Notes under the pieces: generated by a model
Databases searched by the model: none
What the model was told of the DNA's origin: nothing
What the model saw: only the letters and a program-made list of their open reading frames with translations
Assembly: GCA_963749085.1 (NCBI GenBank)
Contig: CAVVLG010000003.1
Location: forward strand, 5,432 to 69,431
DNA length: 64,000 nt
Direction of reading: 5' to 3'
Source: Candidatus Adlerbacteria bacterium
GTDB lineage: Bacteria; Patescibacteriota; Minisyncoccia; Phycocordibacterales; SBAW01
Shown: piece after piece, positions 11,522-21,690 of the stretch
How positions within the stretch are numbered: the first letter of the stretch is position 1
How the letters are laid out: every line of letters starts with the position of its first letter
Program-made: the position numbers and the translations under genes

Positions 11522-11755
11522 ATGACTTTAGCGGGGGTCCTCCCCTACATACAGATTGGGCTGTCGGTGCTGCTTATCGTTTGCGTGCTCCTGCAGCAAA
11601 CCGGAGCGGCCTTGGGCGGCGCATTCGGAGGAGATAACTTCTCCGCCGGCTATCATACGCGCCGCGGGAGCGAGAAGTTCCTCTTTTATGCGACTATCGT
11701 CTTAGGAGTCTTGTTCGCACTTTCTTCGTTCATCGCTCTCGTCCTACAGGCTTAA
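11522..11755 (+). CDS. secG: preprotein translocase subunit SecG
   Basis: Two transmembrane helices flank a Gly-rich loop (LGGAFGG). Confidence 0.65.
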   Translation: MTLAGVLPYIQIGLSVLLIVCVLLQQTGAALGGAFGGDNFSAGYHTRRGSEKFLFYATIVLGVLFALSSFIALVLQA

Positions 11756-11778
11756 TAAATAGCTAACACGATCTTCCT

Positions 11779-13539
11779 ATGCGCGACTATTTGCGCAAAG
11801 TATCCGACACCTATGATTCCTTCTCAACTAGCGGACGTGCCGTGTTTCTTTTCTTTGCGGGAGTCTGCGTGATAAGCAGCATCTCGCTGGTATATCTTCT
11901 GAACGATTCGATTTTGGTGGCGACCCCGGCCTACGGCGGTTCCTGGACGGAGGGACTCATTGGGGCACCTCGTTTTATAAACCCCATTCTAGCGGTATCG
12001 GACTCCGATCAAGACCTCACGTCGTTGGTGTATTCAGGCCTTCTGAAGGCGACGCCCGAGGGGTCGTACGTTCTCGATTTGGCACAAAGCTATACCATCT
12101 CTCCGGACGGTAAGACGTACACGTTCATTTTGCGCAGCAACGCTACATTCGACGATGGGACGCCGGTCACCGCTGATGACGTCGTGTTCACTATTCAAAA
12201 AGCGCAGGATCCGGCACTCAACAGCCCGGTGGAGGCGGACTGGGCGGGCGTAACGGTCACCGAAATAGATCCTCACACAGTACAGTTTACGCTGAGTCAG
12301 CCGTATGCTCCATTCATCCAGGATTTGACGCTCGGCATTTTGCCGAAGCACTTGTGGGAAAACGTCACCGACGACGAATTCTCTTTCAGCAATCTTAATA
12401 TTCAGCCAGTGGGTTCCGGACCCTTTGAAGTATCCTCTATTTCGCGCACACCGTCTGGCATACCCTCTTCCTATGACCTTAAACCATTTCCACACTATGC
12501 CCTGGGCGAGCCATACCTCGGCGATATGACCTTCAAGATTTATCAAAGCGACACTGATCTCGTCCAAGCGCTCCAGGACGGTCAAATACAGGCGGCGAAT
12601 GGCATCTCCCCCGCCGATTTGTCCGGGCTACAAGATTTCAACATCAAAACGGCTCCGCTCAACCGCGTCTTTGGCGTGTTCTTCAACCAAAACCAATCGA
12701 CAGTGTTGCGCGACGCGCAAGTGCGCCAGGCCCTAAACAACGCCATAAACCGCCAGCAATTGATTTCTCTGGTGCTTGACGGCTACGGCACGTCCCTCAC
12801 CGGACCTATCCCGCCGAGCCTCCTGGGCACAGTTGCAGCGACCTCAAGTACTTCCGCTTTCTCCTTAAACGTAGGTACCTCAACCTCCGCGACCACAACC
12901 ATGGACCAGGCGCAGGCTGCGCGCGCAGAATTAGTGCAGGATGGATGGACGCCGGGACCAGGCGGTATTTTACAAAAGACAACCGGTAAGGGAAAAAGCG
13001 CCTCAACCGAGACGCTTGAGTTCTCGCTGGCGACCGAGGATATTCCAGAGCTGCGCTCCGCGGCGCAGTATTTGAGCCAAACGTGGGGGGAGATGGGTGC
13101 ACAGGTAAATGTGGAAATATACGACCAAGGCGACCTGGAAGAAAATGTCATTCGCCCGCGCAAGTACGACGCCCTCCTCTTCGGCGAAGATATCGGGCGC
13201 GAGGTTGATCTGTACGCGTTTTGGGACTCAAGCCAGCGCAACGATCCAGGACTCAACGTCGCTGAGTACGCCAACGCGACGGCTGACCAGATATTGCAGC
13301 AGTTGCGCACCACATCGGATCCCGCGCAGCAAGAGCAGCTCTATCAAGAATTCGACGCACAGCTCCAGAAGGACATCCCCGCGGTATTTCTCTATGCGCC
13401 GGATTTCGTGTATATTGTACCCAACGACGTTTCGGGCATTGATCTTGGGTTTATAGAGTCCCCTAGCGACCGATTTTTAAGCGTGACGCAGTGGCACCAG
13501 GAGACCGACTATGTCTGGCCCATTTTCGTAAAGAAATAA
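11779..13539 (+). CDS. ABC transporter substrate-binding protein, family 5 (peptide/nickel type)
   Basis: N-terminal membrane anchor and an SBP_bac_5-like core (SYTISPDGKTYTFILRSNATFDDGTPVTADDVVFT). Confidence 0.8.
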   Translation: MRDYLRKVSDTYDSFSTSGRAVFLFFAGVCVISSISLVYLLNDSILVATPAYGGSWTEGLIGAPRFINPILAVSDSDQDLTSLVYSGLLKATPEGSYVLDLAQSYTISPDGKTYTFILRSNATFDDGTPVTADDVVFTIQKAQDPALNSPVEADWAGVTVTEIDPHTVQFTLSQPYAPFIQDLTLGILPKHLWENVTDDEFSFSNLNIQPVGSGPFEVSSISRTPSGIPSSYDLKPFPHYALGEPYLGDMTFKIYQSDTDLVQALQDGQIQAANGISPADLSGLQDFNIKTAPLNRVFGVFFNQNQSTVLRDAQVRQALNNAINRQQLISLVLDGYGTSLTGPIPPSLLGTVAATSSTSAFSLNVGTSTSATTTMDQAQAARAELVQDGWTPGPGGILQKTTGKGKSASTETLEFSLATEDIPELRSAAQYLSQTWGEMGAQVNVEIYDQGDLEENVIRPRKYDALLFGEDIGREVDLYAFWDSSQRNDPGLNVAEYANATADQILQQLRTTSDPAQQEQLYQEFDAQLQKDIPAVFLYAPDFVYIVPNDVSGIDLGFIESPSDRFLSVTQWHQETDYVWPIFVKK

Positions 13540-13550
13540 TTCAATCCATT

Positions 13551-15413
13551 ATGGATCCTCAGAAAAAAAACACTGGCCACAGCGATAGGCCCGCGTACAA
13601 AGGCCCGCATCACAAAGGAGGTCGCGGTCGTGGCGCATTGCGCCGCGGAGGGCCGCGTCCGCACCAACCGCATCCTATGCGCGAGATACCTCCCGCAAAC
13701 GGCAACGGAGGACCTGATGAAAAACCGATATCTCCGCTTGAACCCGGTAATATTCGCATCATACCGCTCGGGGGTGTCGAGGAAATAGGCCGCAACATGA
13801 CGGCGGTTGAATTCGGCGACGATATTATCGTCATCGACTGCGGATTCCAGTTCCGCGAGGACGATACGCCGGGCATCGACTATATCCTCCCTAATACTAA
13901 ATATTTGGAAGACCGCCGCGACAAGGTGCGCGCAATGTTCATTACCCATGGCCACCTCGACCATATCGGCGGCATCCCCTACATCATCGACCGTATCGGC
14001 TACCCGCCTATTTATACACGCCGCCTTACTGCCGTCATGATACGCAAGCGCCAGGAGGAGTTTCCCAACCTCAAACCCCTGGACATTCACGAAGTGGAGA
14101 AGGACGACACTATCCGCGCGGGAAATTTCAAAGTGCGCTTCTTCTCGGTTAGCCACACCATTCCCGATGCTATGGGCATCAGCATCGACACGCCTTATGG
14201 TTTGGTAGTGTTCACCGGAGATCTCAGGCTCGACCACGTCGATGGCATTCCGACCGAAAAGGAAGAAAAAGAATTCGCGTATTTCAAGGATAAAAAGGTG
14301 CTCTTTTTGGCAGCCGACTCAACAAACGCAGAGAAACCCGGCTTCTCGCTCCCTGAGCGCGTGGTGCAGCACAATCTCGATGACATCATCTCCTCGAGCA
14401 CTGGCCGCCTTATTATCGGCACCTTCTCCTCCCAGCTTGAGCGCATCATGCGCATGCTTGAGACCGCTGAGCGCGTAGGCAAGAAAGTACTCGTCGAAGG
14501 ACGGAGCATGAAAATAAACATCGAGATAGTGAAGCACCTCGGTATGCTGAAAGTAGCGGAGAAGACTTTCATCGGCCCGGAGCAGCTCGACCATCTGCCT
14601 GACAGCAAGGTGGTCATACTCGCGACGGGCGCGCAGGGGGACGAGTTCGCTGCGCTTATGCGCATCGCCATGAAGACGCACAAGCACGTGAAGATTAAGA
14701 AGGGCGACACTATCGTGCTCTCTTCCTCTATCGTGCCTGGCAATGAGAGAAGCGTGCAAAAATTGAAGGATAATCTCAGCCGGCAGGGTGCGAAAATAAT
14801 CCACCGCGAGACCATGGATGTGCACGCCTCAGGCCACGCCAATCGAGACGAAACCTTTTGGATACACTCCAAAATCAATCCGCGTTTCTTTATGCCGCTT
14901 CACGGCTATCACTACATGCTGCGGGTACACGCTGATATCGCCAAAGCGGCCGGCCGCACGGAGGAGGAAATAGTCGTTCCTGACAATGGCTCGATAATTG
15001 AAATTCAAGATGAGGGGCAAAAAATTGTTCGTCTTAAGGAGACGGCACCCGCTGGTCTGCGATTAGTTGATGGCTTTGCCATTGGTGATATCCAGGAAGT
15101 GGTCATCCGCGATCGCACCGTGCTCGCGCAGGAAGGCATGTTTGTCATTATTGCTACAGTGAATCCGAAGAACGGCAGGTTGCGCAAAAGCCCCGATATT
15201 ATTTCCCGAGGATTCGTGTACCTGCGAGAGAATCAGGAGCTTCTGCAGCAGGCGCGCATCATCGTTAAAAAAACAATAGAGGACTCAGCCAAAGGCCAGC
15301 AACCGGTTAATTTCGATTTTGTGAAAAATAACGTGACAGATGCAGTGGCGAGATTCCTCTTCGAAAAAACAAATAAACGGCCGATTGTGATACCTGTTGT
15401 CTTGGGTGTATAA
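13551..15413 (+). CDS. rnj: ribonuclease J (metallo-beta-lactamase/beta-CASP) with an Arg/Gly-rich N-terminal extension
   Basis: HGHLDHIGG motif, beta-CASP region and RNase J C-terminal domain. The first ~80 aa are basic (GGRGRGALRRGGPRP). Confidence 0.9.
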   Translation: MDPQKKNTGHSDRPAYKGPHHKGGRGRGALRRGGPRPHQPHPMREIPPANGNGGPDEKPISPLEPGNIRIIPLGGVEEIGRNMTAVEFGDDIIVIDCGFQFREDDTPGIDYILPNTKYLEDRRDKVRAMFITHGHLDHIGGIPYIIDRIGYPPIYTRRLTAVMIRKRQEEFPNLKPLDIHEVEKDDTIRAGNFKVRFFSVSHTIPDAMGISIDTPYGLVVFTGDLRLDHVDGIPTEKEEKEFAYFKDKKVLFLAADSTNAEKPGFSLPERVVQHNLDDIISSSTGRLIIGTFSSQLERIMRMLETAERVGKKVLVEGRSMKINIEIVKHLGMLKVAEKTFIGPEQLDHLPDSKVVILATGAQGDEFAALMRIAMKTHKHVKIKKGDTIVLSSSIVPGNERSVQKLKDNLSRQGAKIIHRETMDVHASGHANRDETFWIHSKINPRFFMPLHGYHYMLRVHADIAKAAGRTEEEIVVPDNGSIIEIQDEGQKIVRLKETAPAGLRLVDGFAIGDIQEVVIRDRTVLAQEGMFVIIATVNPKNGRLRKSPDIISRGFVYLRENQELLQQARIIVKKTIEDSAKGQQPVNFDFVKNNVTDAVARFLFEKTNKRPIVIPVVLGV

Positions 15414-15460
15414 AAGTGGTACCTTCCTAGACGAAGATCCTTGAAGGGAGACTGTGCGTA

Positions 15461-15805
15461 ATGCGGAATCAATATCGTGTACATACGGTGGCTGAGGGAC
15501 CCTACGAATACGTGTCGGTCCTGCGACCAATTACCACAAACAAAAGACACGAAACGCGGGCCGATAAATACGAACTCGGTCCCGGTCTAGACGTGTATCT
15601 CAGTGCCAAAGGTCGCGTTCAGGTCATTGAGTGGGCGCAGGCTGCGTTTCTGGGACTGATTGCGCAACGAATTACGCGATTCGTGCAAATCAAAGACAAA
15701 CGGGAGCTGGAGAGCCTGACTGAAAAGGAACGGGAACTATTGAAAAAAAAGATTATTGAAGTCGGCTTCTGTCCCGCTGTTTCATTGGCCAGGGGCGCGC
15801 GATAA
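15461..15805 (+). CDS. hypothetical protein
   Basis: 114-aa ORF followed by a GC-rich hairpin plus a T-rich tract. Confidence 0.4.
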   Translation: MRNQYRVHTVAEGPYEYVSVLRPITTNKRHETRADKYELGPGLDVYLSAKGRVQVIEWAQAAFLGLIAQRITRFVQIKDKRELESLTEKERELLKKKIIEVGFCPAVSLARGAR

Positions 15806-16139
15806 GCACGCCCCTTTCTTCTTGACTGAGAAACTTCCGTGCCAATCTAGTTGTTAATAAACACTAGATGAGGTAGCGTAATACATGGACAGCACGAGGC
15901 AAAGATCATGCGCACAATGCTTGGTTGGTTTGGAAATTCCGCTCCGCCACCGGAGGCGAAATACGCAGTTACGACGAGGTGTCCTGAATGCGGCCGCGAA
16001 CATATCACAGTCTTTCGACTGCGGCATATCAGCGACAACCTGCTGGTCAGCATCGGCAATCTCTTCCGCTACGATCGGCATTTTGATTTCCGACGTATGC
16101 GGTGGTGTTCAAATTCCGAACAAAATCCTCGCTGGTTTC

Positions 16140-16997
16140 CTAGGGGATGAAAAATTCTCGAGTCCGGAAAGCAATAAGCCCTTCATGTTGCAAGCGTATG
16201 AGTGCGCCTGTTATTTCTCCCCTGCTTCGCTCTGGGGAGAATTTTTTTATCAATTGTGCAGAGGTTAACGGATATTTCAACAATTCGCGTAAAATAACAC
16301 CGCGCAACTGGCGCGTGGAACCTTTAAACGTCGCTTGTTTTAGATACTGTTTGCTACGGACGTTCACTTTAATTCCTCTTCGTTTTAGATGGTTGCCATA
16401 ATCCATGAGAGCAGCATAAAAATCGCGTGGCTGCATTCTTGATTTTGTCAATGCTACCACGATAAGCGGTAGAATTTGCTTATCTGAAATTTTTCTCTTC
16501 CCAGAAAAACATAAATACAAAAAGACGCTTCTGATGTTCGTTTCAATAAATACTTCAGACTTGTTGAATGCAAACGCAGCAACCGCTCGCGCTGTGTAAG
16601 GACCAATTCCCGATAGTTTTTCCATCTCTTCAACCGTGTTGGGAAACGTTCCTTCGTAATCCTGCACAATACGTTTGGCAGCCTCGTGCAAGAACTTCGC
16701 GCGGCGATTATAGCCGAGACCCTGCCATACTAAGAGCACTTCAGAGAGTTTGGCTCGGGATAAAATTTCTACGCTTGGAAATCGTTTTAAAAATCTTTTA
16801 TAAAATGGGACTACCCGATCCACTTGGGTCTGCTGGAGCATCACTTCGGAAACCAAAATTTTATACGGATCGCGCGTCTTGCGCCACGGTAAATAGCCTC
16901 TCCCTTCCTTTTTATAAAACGCTTTTACTTCCCTCAGCAGTCTCCTCACTCCCGCATCATAACAAAAATCCCCCGAAGGGGATTTCTGCGCGAACAT
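16140..16997 (-). CDS. mutY: HhH-GPD family DNA glycosylase (MutY-like adenine glycosylase)
   Basis: LPWRKTRDPYKILVSEVMLQQTQV signature and an HhH-GPD core (LSGIGPYTARAV). Confidence 0.75.
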   Translation of the reverse strand: MFAQKSPSGDFCYDAGVRRLLREVKAFYKKEGRGYLPWRKTRDPYKILVSEVMLQQTQVDRVVPFYKRFLKRFPSVEILSRAKLSEVLLVWQGLGYNRRAKFLHEAAKRIVQDYEGTFPNTVEEMEKLSGIGPYTARAVAAFAFNKSEVFIETNIRSVFLYLCFSGKRKISDKQILPLIVVALTKSRMQPRDFYAALMDYGNHLKRRGIKVNVRSKQYLKQATFKGSTRQLRGVILRELLKYPLTSAQLIKKFSPERSRGEITGALIRLQHEGLIAFRTREFFIP

Positions 16998-17009
16998 AAC
17001 CGATGAAGA

Positions 17010-17264
17010 TTATGCTGCTTTCGGACGTGCCTCCGAGACCGTGAGCATGCGACCGCCGAATTCTTTGCCATTCCACATGGAAATAGCAGAATCGGCATCA
17101 CCGTCATTGGCCATTTCAACGAAGCCAAAGCCTCGCGAGCGACCCGTCTCGCGGTCGGTCACAATGGATGCCGAGGCGACCTCACCCGCCTGAGCGAATG
17201 CGTCGCGAAGCTCGTCCCCCGTAGTGCGGTACGGAAGACCGCCTACGAACAATTTACGTGCCAT
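17010..17264 (-). CDS. RRM-type RNA-binding protein
   Basis: RNP2 motif KLFVGGL and RNP1 motif RGFGFVEM. Confidence 0.8.
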   Translation of the reverse strand: MARKLFVGGLPYRTTGDELRDAFAQAGEVASASIVTDRETGRSRGFGFVEMANDGDADSAISMWNGKEFGGRMLTVSEARPKAA

Positions 17265-17368
17265 GATGTACGCGAAAAACAATCTAGATAATACTGTTCT
17301 TCGTAAGGCGACCCTCCCTGACGCCTTTAGGGCACATTGGAGACACTTACTCGAACGCCCCTACCCTA

Positions 17369-18052
17369 TCACAGGGTTTCAGGCTGTGCAACTACGACGA
17401 AACGTTGGTCAAAACTTCTCGCGCTTGGCACCCAGGTGCCGTCGCAAGTAATAAGGACAAGCTCCGAAGGACCGGTAGTAGTGAAAATGGAAGCCGCAGG
17501 AGCAGTATCGGCCGGATATTCGTCGGTTTCGGTGACGGTGTAGGTAATGGTTTTGCCGGAGGCATCGGACACGATAATGGTATCCCCAAGGCTGACCTGC
17601 GAGAGGTGTTCGAAAACGCCCGCGGTCGTGAGTGCGTTATCGACATGGCCGTCGATGACTGCGTTGCCCGGAGCACCAGGTTCCGATCCCGGTTCGTACC
17701 ACCCGACATCGCCGAACGTTTGCGGAGTGCCCATTGAGCCGTCAGCTTTTTTACCTACTTGCTCGACGTGCGCGTTAACGCCTATGGCGGGAATCTGAAG
17801 CCTCACCGGAACGATGGGACCTGTGGCCGCGTTCGATGAGGTGCTTGTGGCTGTTGCTGGTGTTGAACTACTCGGCGTTCCAAAAAAAGAATTGCTCAAA
17901 GAAGGACTCTCCAAGAGGACTGCCGGAGCAAAAGCCACGAGCCCAGCGTTGGGCCCAAACGCCGCGGTCGCCACACGCGAGGCGATATTTGCCGCGCCGA
18001 TTATCACCATGAGAAGCCCTATCGCGGCAGCAACAAGCTGCCAGACGTTCAT
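17369..18052 (-). CDS. sortase family transpeptidase
   Basis: N-terminal transmembrane helix and a sortase core (LQIPAIGV...GNAVIDGHVD...LVLITCDG). The start could instead be 18115, overlapping the upstream gene. Confidence 0.75.
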   Translation of the reverse strand: MNVWQLVAAAIGLLMVIIGAANIASRVATAAFGPNAGLVAFAPAVLLESPSLSNSFFGTPSSSTPATATSTSSNAATGPIVPVRLQIPAIGVNAHVEQVGKKADGSMGTPQTFGDVGWYEPGSEPGAPGNAVIDGHVDNALTTAGVFEHLSQVSLGDTIIVSDASGKTITYTVTETDEYPADTAPAASIFTTTGPSELVLITCDGTWVPSARSFDQRFVVVAQPETL

Positions 18053-18080
18053 CGGCCGCTTGTGCACCAGGACACCGCTC

Positions 18081-19022
18081 CTAGCTGAGGACAATAACAA
18101 AGGCTTTTCTGACATACGGGAAGGTAACGGCCCCTACGATGAGGACAGCGAGAATCGCGAAGACCATATTACTCTCACTCGCCGGCGCAAAACCGGTATT
18201 AGGGAGATGCGGAACGTACGTAGGCGTTACATATACGGGAGTGCCGGGAAGCACGGGGGATGTGGGCGGGTAGATCGGATTTACGGAGCTCGGAGGATAA
18301 TAGCCGGCGACGACGTTGACGGTGCAGGAGGCGCTTTGCGAATCGTTCTGGACGGTAACGGTCTGTTCCCCCGTGGTTTCGAGTGTAGTCGTCAATGAAG
18401 GGCCGATGCTGAGATATGTGTTACTAGGAGTTACCCAATTATATGGGCCGCTGGTATTTCCCTCTGCGGTAAAGGTGACGCTTTGTCCGAGACCCACCGT
18501 CGGGCTTGAAGGAACACACGTGAGGGAGGAATTTGGGTACGGATAGGAATACGGATACGGAGTTGGATACGTGCTGTAGGAGCTTCCTGTATTTTCGATA
18601 ATGACACAGGTTGCTTGCTCGCCGTTAACGAGTGAGCCATTGCAACCGGTAGAGTAGTTGGCCGCGTATCCGCTCGGACCTGTCGCGGTGACGGCATAGC
18701 CGCCCCCGACAGACACTGCCACCCCGCTCAGAGACCCCGGAAACGTGTTCGGGGTTGGGTTCTGTCCCGAAACGACAACGGTAAATGCGGACGGACTAAG
18801 CGTCGAAGTATTATACGGGTATGTATTGTTGGAATTATTATTGATTACTTCAACGTACACCTGGAGCGTTCCGGGGGTGCAGTTGTAATTGCCGGAGGCG
18901 TAGTCGTTGTTGCAGTAATTAGAAAATTGGGCGGAGACTGCGATTGGTATCAAAGCACCAAGGAGCCCCAGAACGGCGAGGGAGGCTAGAATTGAGCGGA
19001 TGTGGGAGCGCAAGAATGTCAT
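18081..19022 (-). CDS. cell-surface protein with a C-terminal LPNTG sortase-sorting signal
   Basis: Signal peptide and Ser/Thr/Tyr/Pro-rich body. C-terminal LPNTG is followed by a hydrophobic stretch and an RK tail. Confidence 0.7.
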   Translation of the reverse strand: MTFLRSHIRSILASLAVLGLLGALIPIAVSAQFSNYCNNDYASGNYNCTPGTLQVYVEVINNNSNNTYPYNTSTLSPSAFTVVVSGQNPTPNTFPGSLSGVAVSVGGGYAVTATGPSGYAANYSTGCNGSLVNGEQATCVIIENTGSSYSTYPTPYPYSYPYPNSSLTCVPSSPTVGLGQSVTFTAEGNTSGPYNWVTPSNTYLSIGPSLTTTLETTGEQTVTVQNDSQSASCTVNVVAGYYPPSSVNPIYPPTSPVLPGTPVYVTPTYVPHLPNTGFAPASESNMVFAILAVLIVGAVTFPYVRKAFVIVLS

Positions 19023-19179
19023 AGAAGCTTGTAAAATAAGGGTAATTAAGACGACCAGAAGGAGGAGCAGGACTTCCTACGAGGGATTATACCACTCTCA
19101 TCCATCCTATGCAAGAAAGGGCTTGTTGGGCAGACACGGTATGCACAGCCTTCATTGACACTACATATTCCAGGGTATA

Positions 19180-19198
19180 TAGTTAGTCTACCTAACTA
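19180..19198. promoter_or_regulatory. inverted repeat TAGTTAG-N5-CTAACTA; candidate MarR operator
   Basis: 7-nt perfect arms, 8 nt upstream of the marR start codon. Confidence 0.4.
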
Positions 19199-19205
19199 TT
19201 AGGCT

Positions 19206-19613
19206 ATGAAAACATCTCCCACTACACTCTCGCTGTTTATCGAGGTCGGGCGCGTCATACGCACCCGTATGGAGCGTGCTCTTCCCCTGCCCTTCTCTCA
19301 ATGCGAAACGCTGCGCATGGTCGGTGACCTCAAAGAGCCCAATATGCGCGACATCGCGCAGTACTTTAAAATAACTGCCCCTTCTGCAACGGCGCTGGTG
19401 AACGAATTGGTGCACGGCGGCTATATGGAGCGCAAAGGCAATGCGCGCGACCGCAGGCAAGTGCGGCTCTCACTCACCCGCAAGGGTAAGACAACCCTTC
19501 AAAGCGTCACTGAGCGGCGCAAGCGCGTTATCGGCAAAATACTTTCTTCCCTCGGCGCAGGCGATCGAGCCGATCTCAACCGAATCTTGGGCAAAATAAT
19601 CGCGGACGCGTAA
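19206..19613 (+). CDS. MarR family transcriptional regulator
   Basis: Winged-HTH MarR core (ETLRMVGDL...MRDIAQYFKITAPSATALVNELV...RDRRQVRLSLTRKG). Confidence 0.85.
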   Translation: MKTSPTTLSLFIEVGRVIRTRMERALPLPFSQCETLRMVGDLKEPNMRDIAQYFKITAPSATALVNELVHGGYMERKGNARDRRQVRLSLTRKGKTTLQSVTERRKRVIGKILSSLGAGDRADLNRILGKIIADA

Positions 19614-19648
19614 TTTTATTATGCTTTATAATTAATAACAGATTTTGT

Positions 19649-21043
19649 ATGGACAAATTTCTCTCCAAAGCAACCTTTCTCAACCCCATTATCCTCTCCT
19701 CCATAGGCGCGGTGGTGGTTATCGCTATAGGCAGCGCTATCTACTATCACGTTTCAACCGAAGTGCCCGCGGTAATACCCGAAGCGCCGGTGGCGACCTC
19801 AACACCCATCGTTGGCAACGGCGTCGTTGATCCGGCACAGAACCCCAACCTGGCATTCCAAAGCGGAGGCCGAGTCGCTGATATTTCGGTGGCGGTGGGA
19901 GACACGGTATACGCGGGTGAAGTTCTCGCAACGCTCGATAACGCTCAATTGCAAGCACAGCTCGACCAAGCATCCGCGGACGTAGCGTCACAGCAAGCCC
20001 AATTGGCGCAAATGCAGATAGGCCCGCGGCAAGTCGATATTGAGTCGGGGCAAACAGCGGTATCCCAGGCAAGCACCACGCTAGTCAATTTCTATGCCAG
20101 TATCCCGGCAAATATCGCGCAAGCCTACGACGAGTCCTTCAGCGGCGTCTCAGGCGACACCGACACGCTTTTCAGCGGACCCGATACGGCATCCCCGAGC
20201 CTTATATTCTCCACCATAAACAACCAACTTGCGGTCAATGCCGTCAATGACCGATCCGAAGTCAACGGGTTCCTGAGCACGTGGAGCACTGAAGCAAACG
20301 CGTTGTCTGAAAATTCTTCAACGGGAGACATTGACGCGGCACTGAAGAACTCGATCGCGAACTTAGAGGTGGTGCGCACCTACAGCGATGATTTGCTTCT
20401 GGCGCTCGGCAACGCGGTACCGTCGGGTACGTTCTCTGCAAGCTCTATAGCGTCCGCGCAAGCAAGCGTCGCCACGCTGCGCGACACCGTCAACGGACTC
20501 ATTTTGAGTCTGCAAGGCGAGCAGCAGCAAATCGCGAGTGATGAGCTAGCCATCCAGTCGGCACAGGACTCGCTCAACGAAACACTCGCGGGTTCGACTC
20601 CGCAAGCTATCGAGGCCCAAGCCGCGCAAGTGGCGGCCGCTCAGGCCAATGTCGAAAATTACCAAGCGCAGATAGCGGATGCGGTCGTGGTGGCGCCATT
20701 TGCCGGCACGGTCGCGAGCGTCCAAGTCCAGGTGGGAGATATCGTCCCTCCCAACACGGTGGCGATATCGCTCAATCCAAATAGTCCGCTTCAAATAGAC
20801 GCGTACTTCTCGGAGCTTCAGGTGACGCAAATACAGCTGGGAGCGCAGGCTCAAGTAACGCTCGACGCCTACGGCAATTCAGAAGTCTTCCCCGCACAGG
20901 TCATCACCGTCGATACCAGTCCGAGTCAAGACCCGAGCCAACCCACGGGCGTTCTGGGCTACAAAGTGACGCTCCAATTCGCCAAGAGCGATCCGGCGAT
21001 AACGTCGGGTATGACCGCGAACGTAACCATTTCCACGCAATAA
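19649..21043 (+). CDS. HlyD-family membrane fusion/periplasmic adaptor protein
   Basis: N-terminal transmembrane helix, biotinyl-like hairpin (GDTVYAGEVLATLDN), long coiled-coil, C-terminal beta-barrel (VVAPFAGTVASVQVQVGD). Confidence 0.7.
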   Translation: MDKFLSKATFLNPIILSSIGAVVVIAIGSAIYYHVSTEVPAVIPEAPVATSTPIVGNGVVDPAQNPNLAFQSGGRVADISVAVGDTVYAGEVLATLDNAQLQAQLDQASADVASQQAQLAQMQIGPRQVDIESGQTAVSQASTTLVNFYASIPANIAQAYDESFSGVSGDTDTLFSGPDTASPSLIFSTINNQLAVNAVNDRSEVNGFLSTWSTEANALSENSSTGDIDAALKNSIANLEVVRTYSDDLLLALGNAVPSGTFSASSIASAQASVATLRDTVNGLILSLQGEQQQIASDELAIQSAQDSLNETLAGSTPQAIEAQAAQVAAAQANVENYQAQIADAVVVAPFAGTVASVQVQVGDIVPPNTVAISLNPNSPLQIDAYFSELQVTQIQLGAQAQVTLDAYGNSEVFPAQVITVDTSPSQDPSQPTGVLGYKVTLQFAKSDPAITSGMTANVTISTQ

Positions 21044-21050
21044 AAAATTT

Positions 21051-21689
21051 ATGTCTGATACCAAAGAAAAAAAACCGCTCGACCGCCGCATACTGGCGCT
21101 CGCGGCCTTCATCATAGTGGTCATAGGAGGCGGCATCGGCGCGCTCGCCTATATCACCGCATCGAGTAAAACGGTGTATATCGATGACGCGACCATATCC
21201 GCGCCTCTAGTTGATCTCTCCCCCACCGATCCGGGCGTGCTCAACGCCGTCTACGTTTCGGAAGGACAAATCATCCCCCCTAACACAGTAGTCGCTGAAG
21301 TGGGTACTGAACTTCTAAAGTCGACTGCAGGCGGTCTCGTGGTGACGGTCAATAATAATATCGGCGAGGAAGTCTCCCCCACGGACATCATCGTGGAGAC
21401 CGTGGACCCCACGCAGCTTCAAGTCGTCGGGCAGGTGCAGGAGAATAAAGGCCTGGTCGATATTGCCGTCGGAGACAAAGCGACCTTTACCGTCGACGCA
21501 TTCGGGGGTGAACAATTCCCGGGTATAGTGTCGGAAGTCTCTCCTACCGCACAAAGTTCCGATGTCGTCTTTGACGTCAGCGATCAGCGAGAGGAGCAGA
21601 ATTTCGACATCAAAGTACAGTACGACACGTCGCTGTATCCTCAGCTCAAAAACGGTATGTCGGCGAGAATCTGGGTGTTCAAGCAATAA
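21051..21689 (+). CDS. second, short HlyD-family adaptor protein
   Basis: Transmembrane anchor and HlyD-like beta domains (VVAEVGTE...GGLVVTV...QVVGQV). Confidence 0.65.
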   Translation: MSDTKEKKPLDRRILALAAFIIVVIGGGIGALAYITASSKTVYIDDATISAPLVDLSPTDPGVLNAVYVSEGQIIPPNTVVAEVGTELLKSTAGGLVVTVNNNIGEEVSPTDIIVETVDPTQLQVVGQVQENKGLVDIAVGDKATFTVDAFGGEQFPGIVSEVSPTAQSSDVVFDVSDQREEQNFDIKVQYDTSLYPQLKNGMSARIWVFKQ

Positions 21690-21690
21690 C

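Noticed and set aside
21562-21690. N-terminal 43 codons of the listed MFS ORF
   Set aside because: They overlap the preceding HlyD gene, and the canonical MFS N-terminus begins at MPEENSS (21691).
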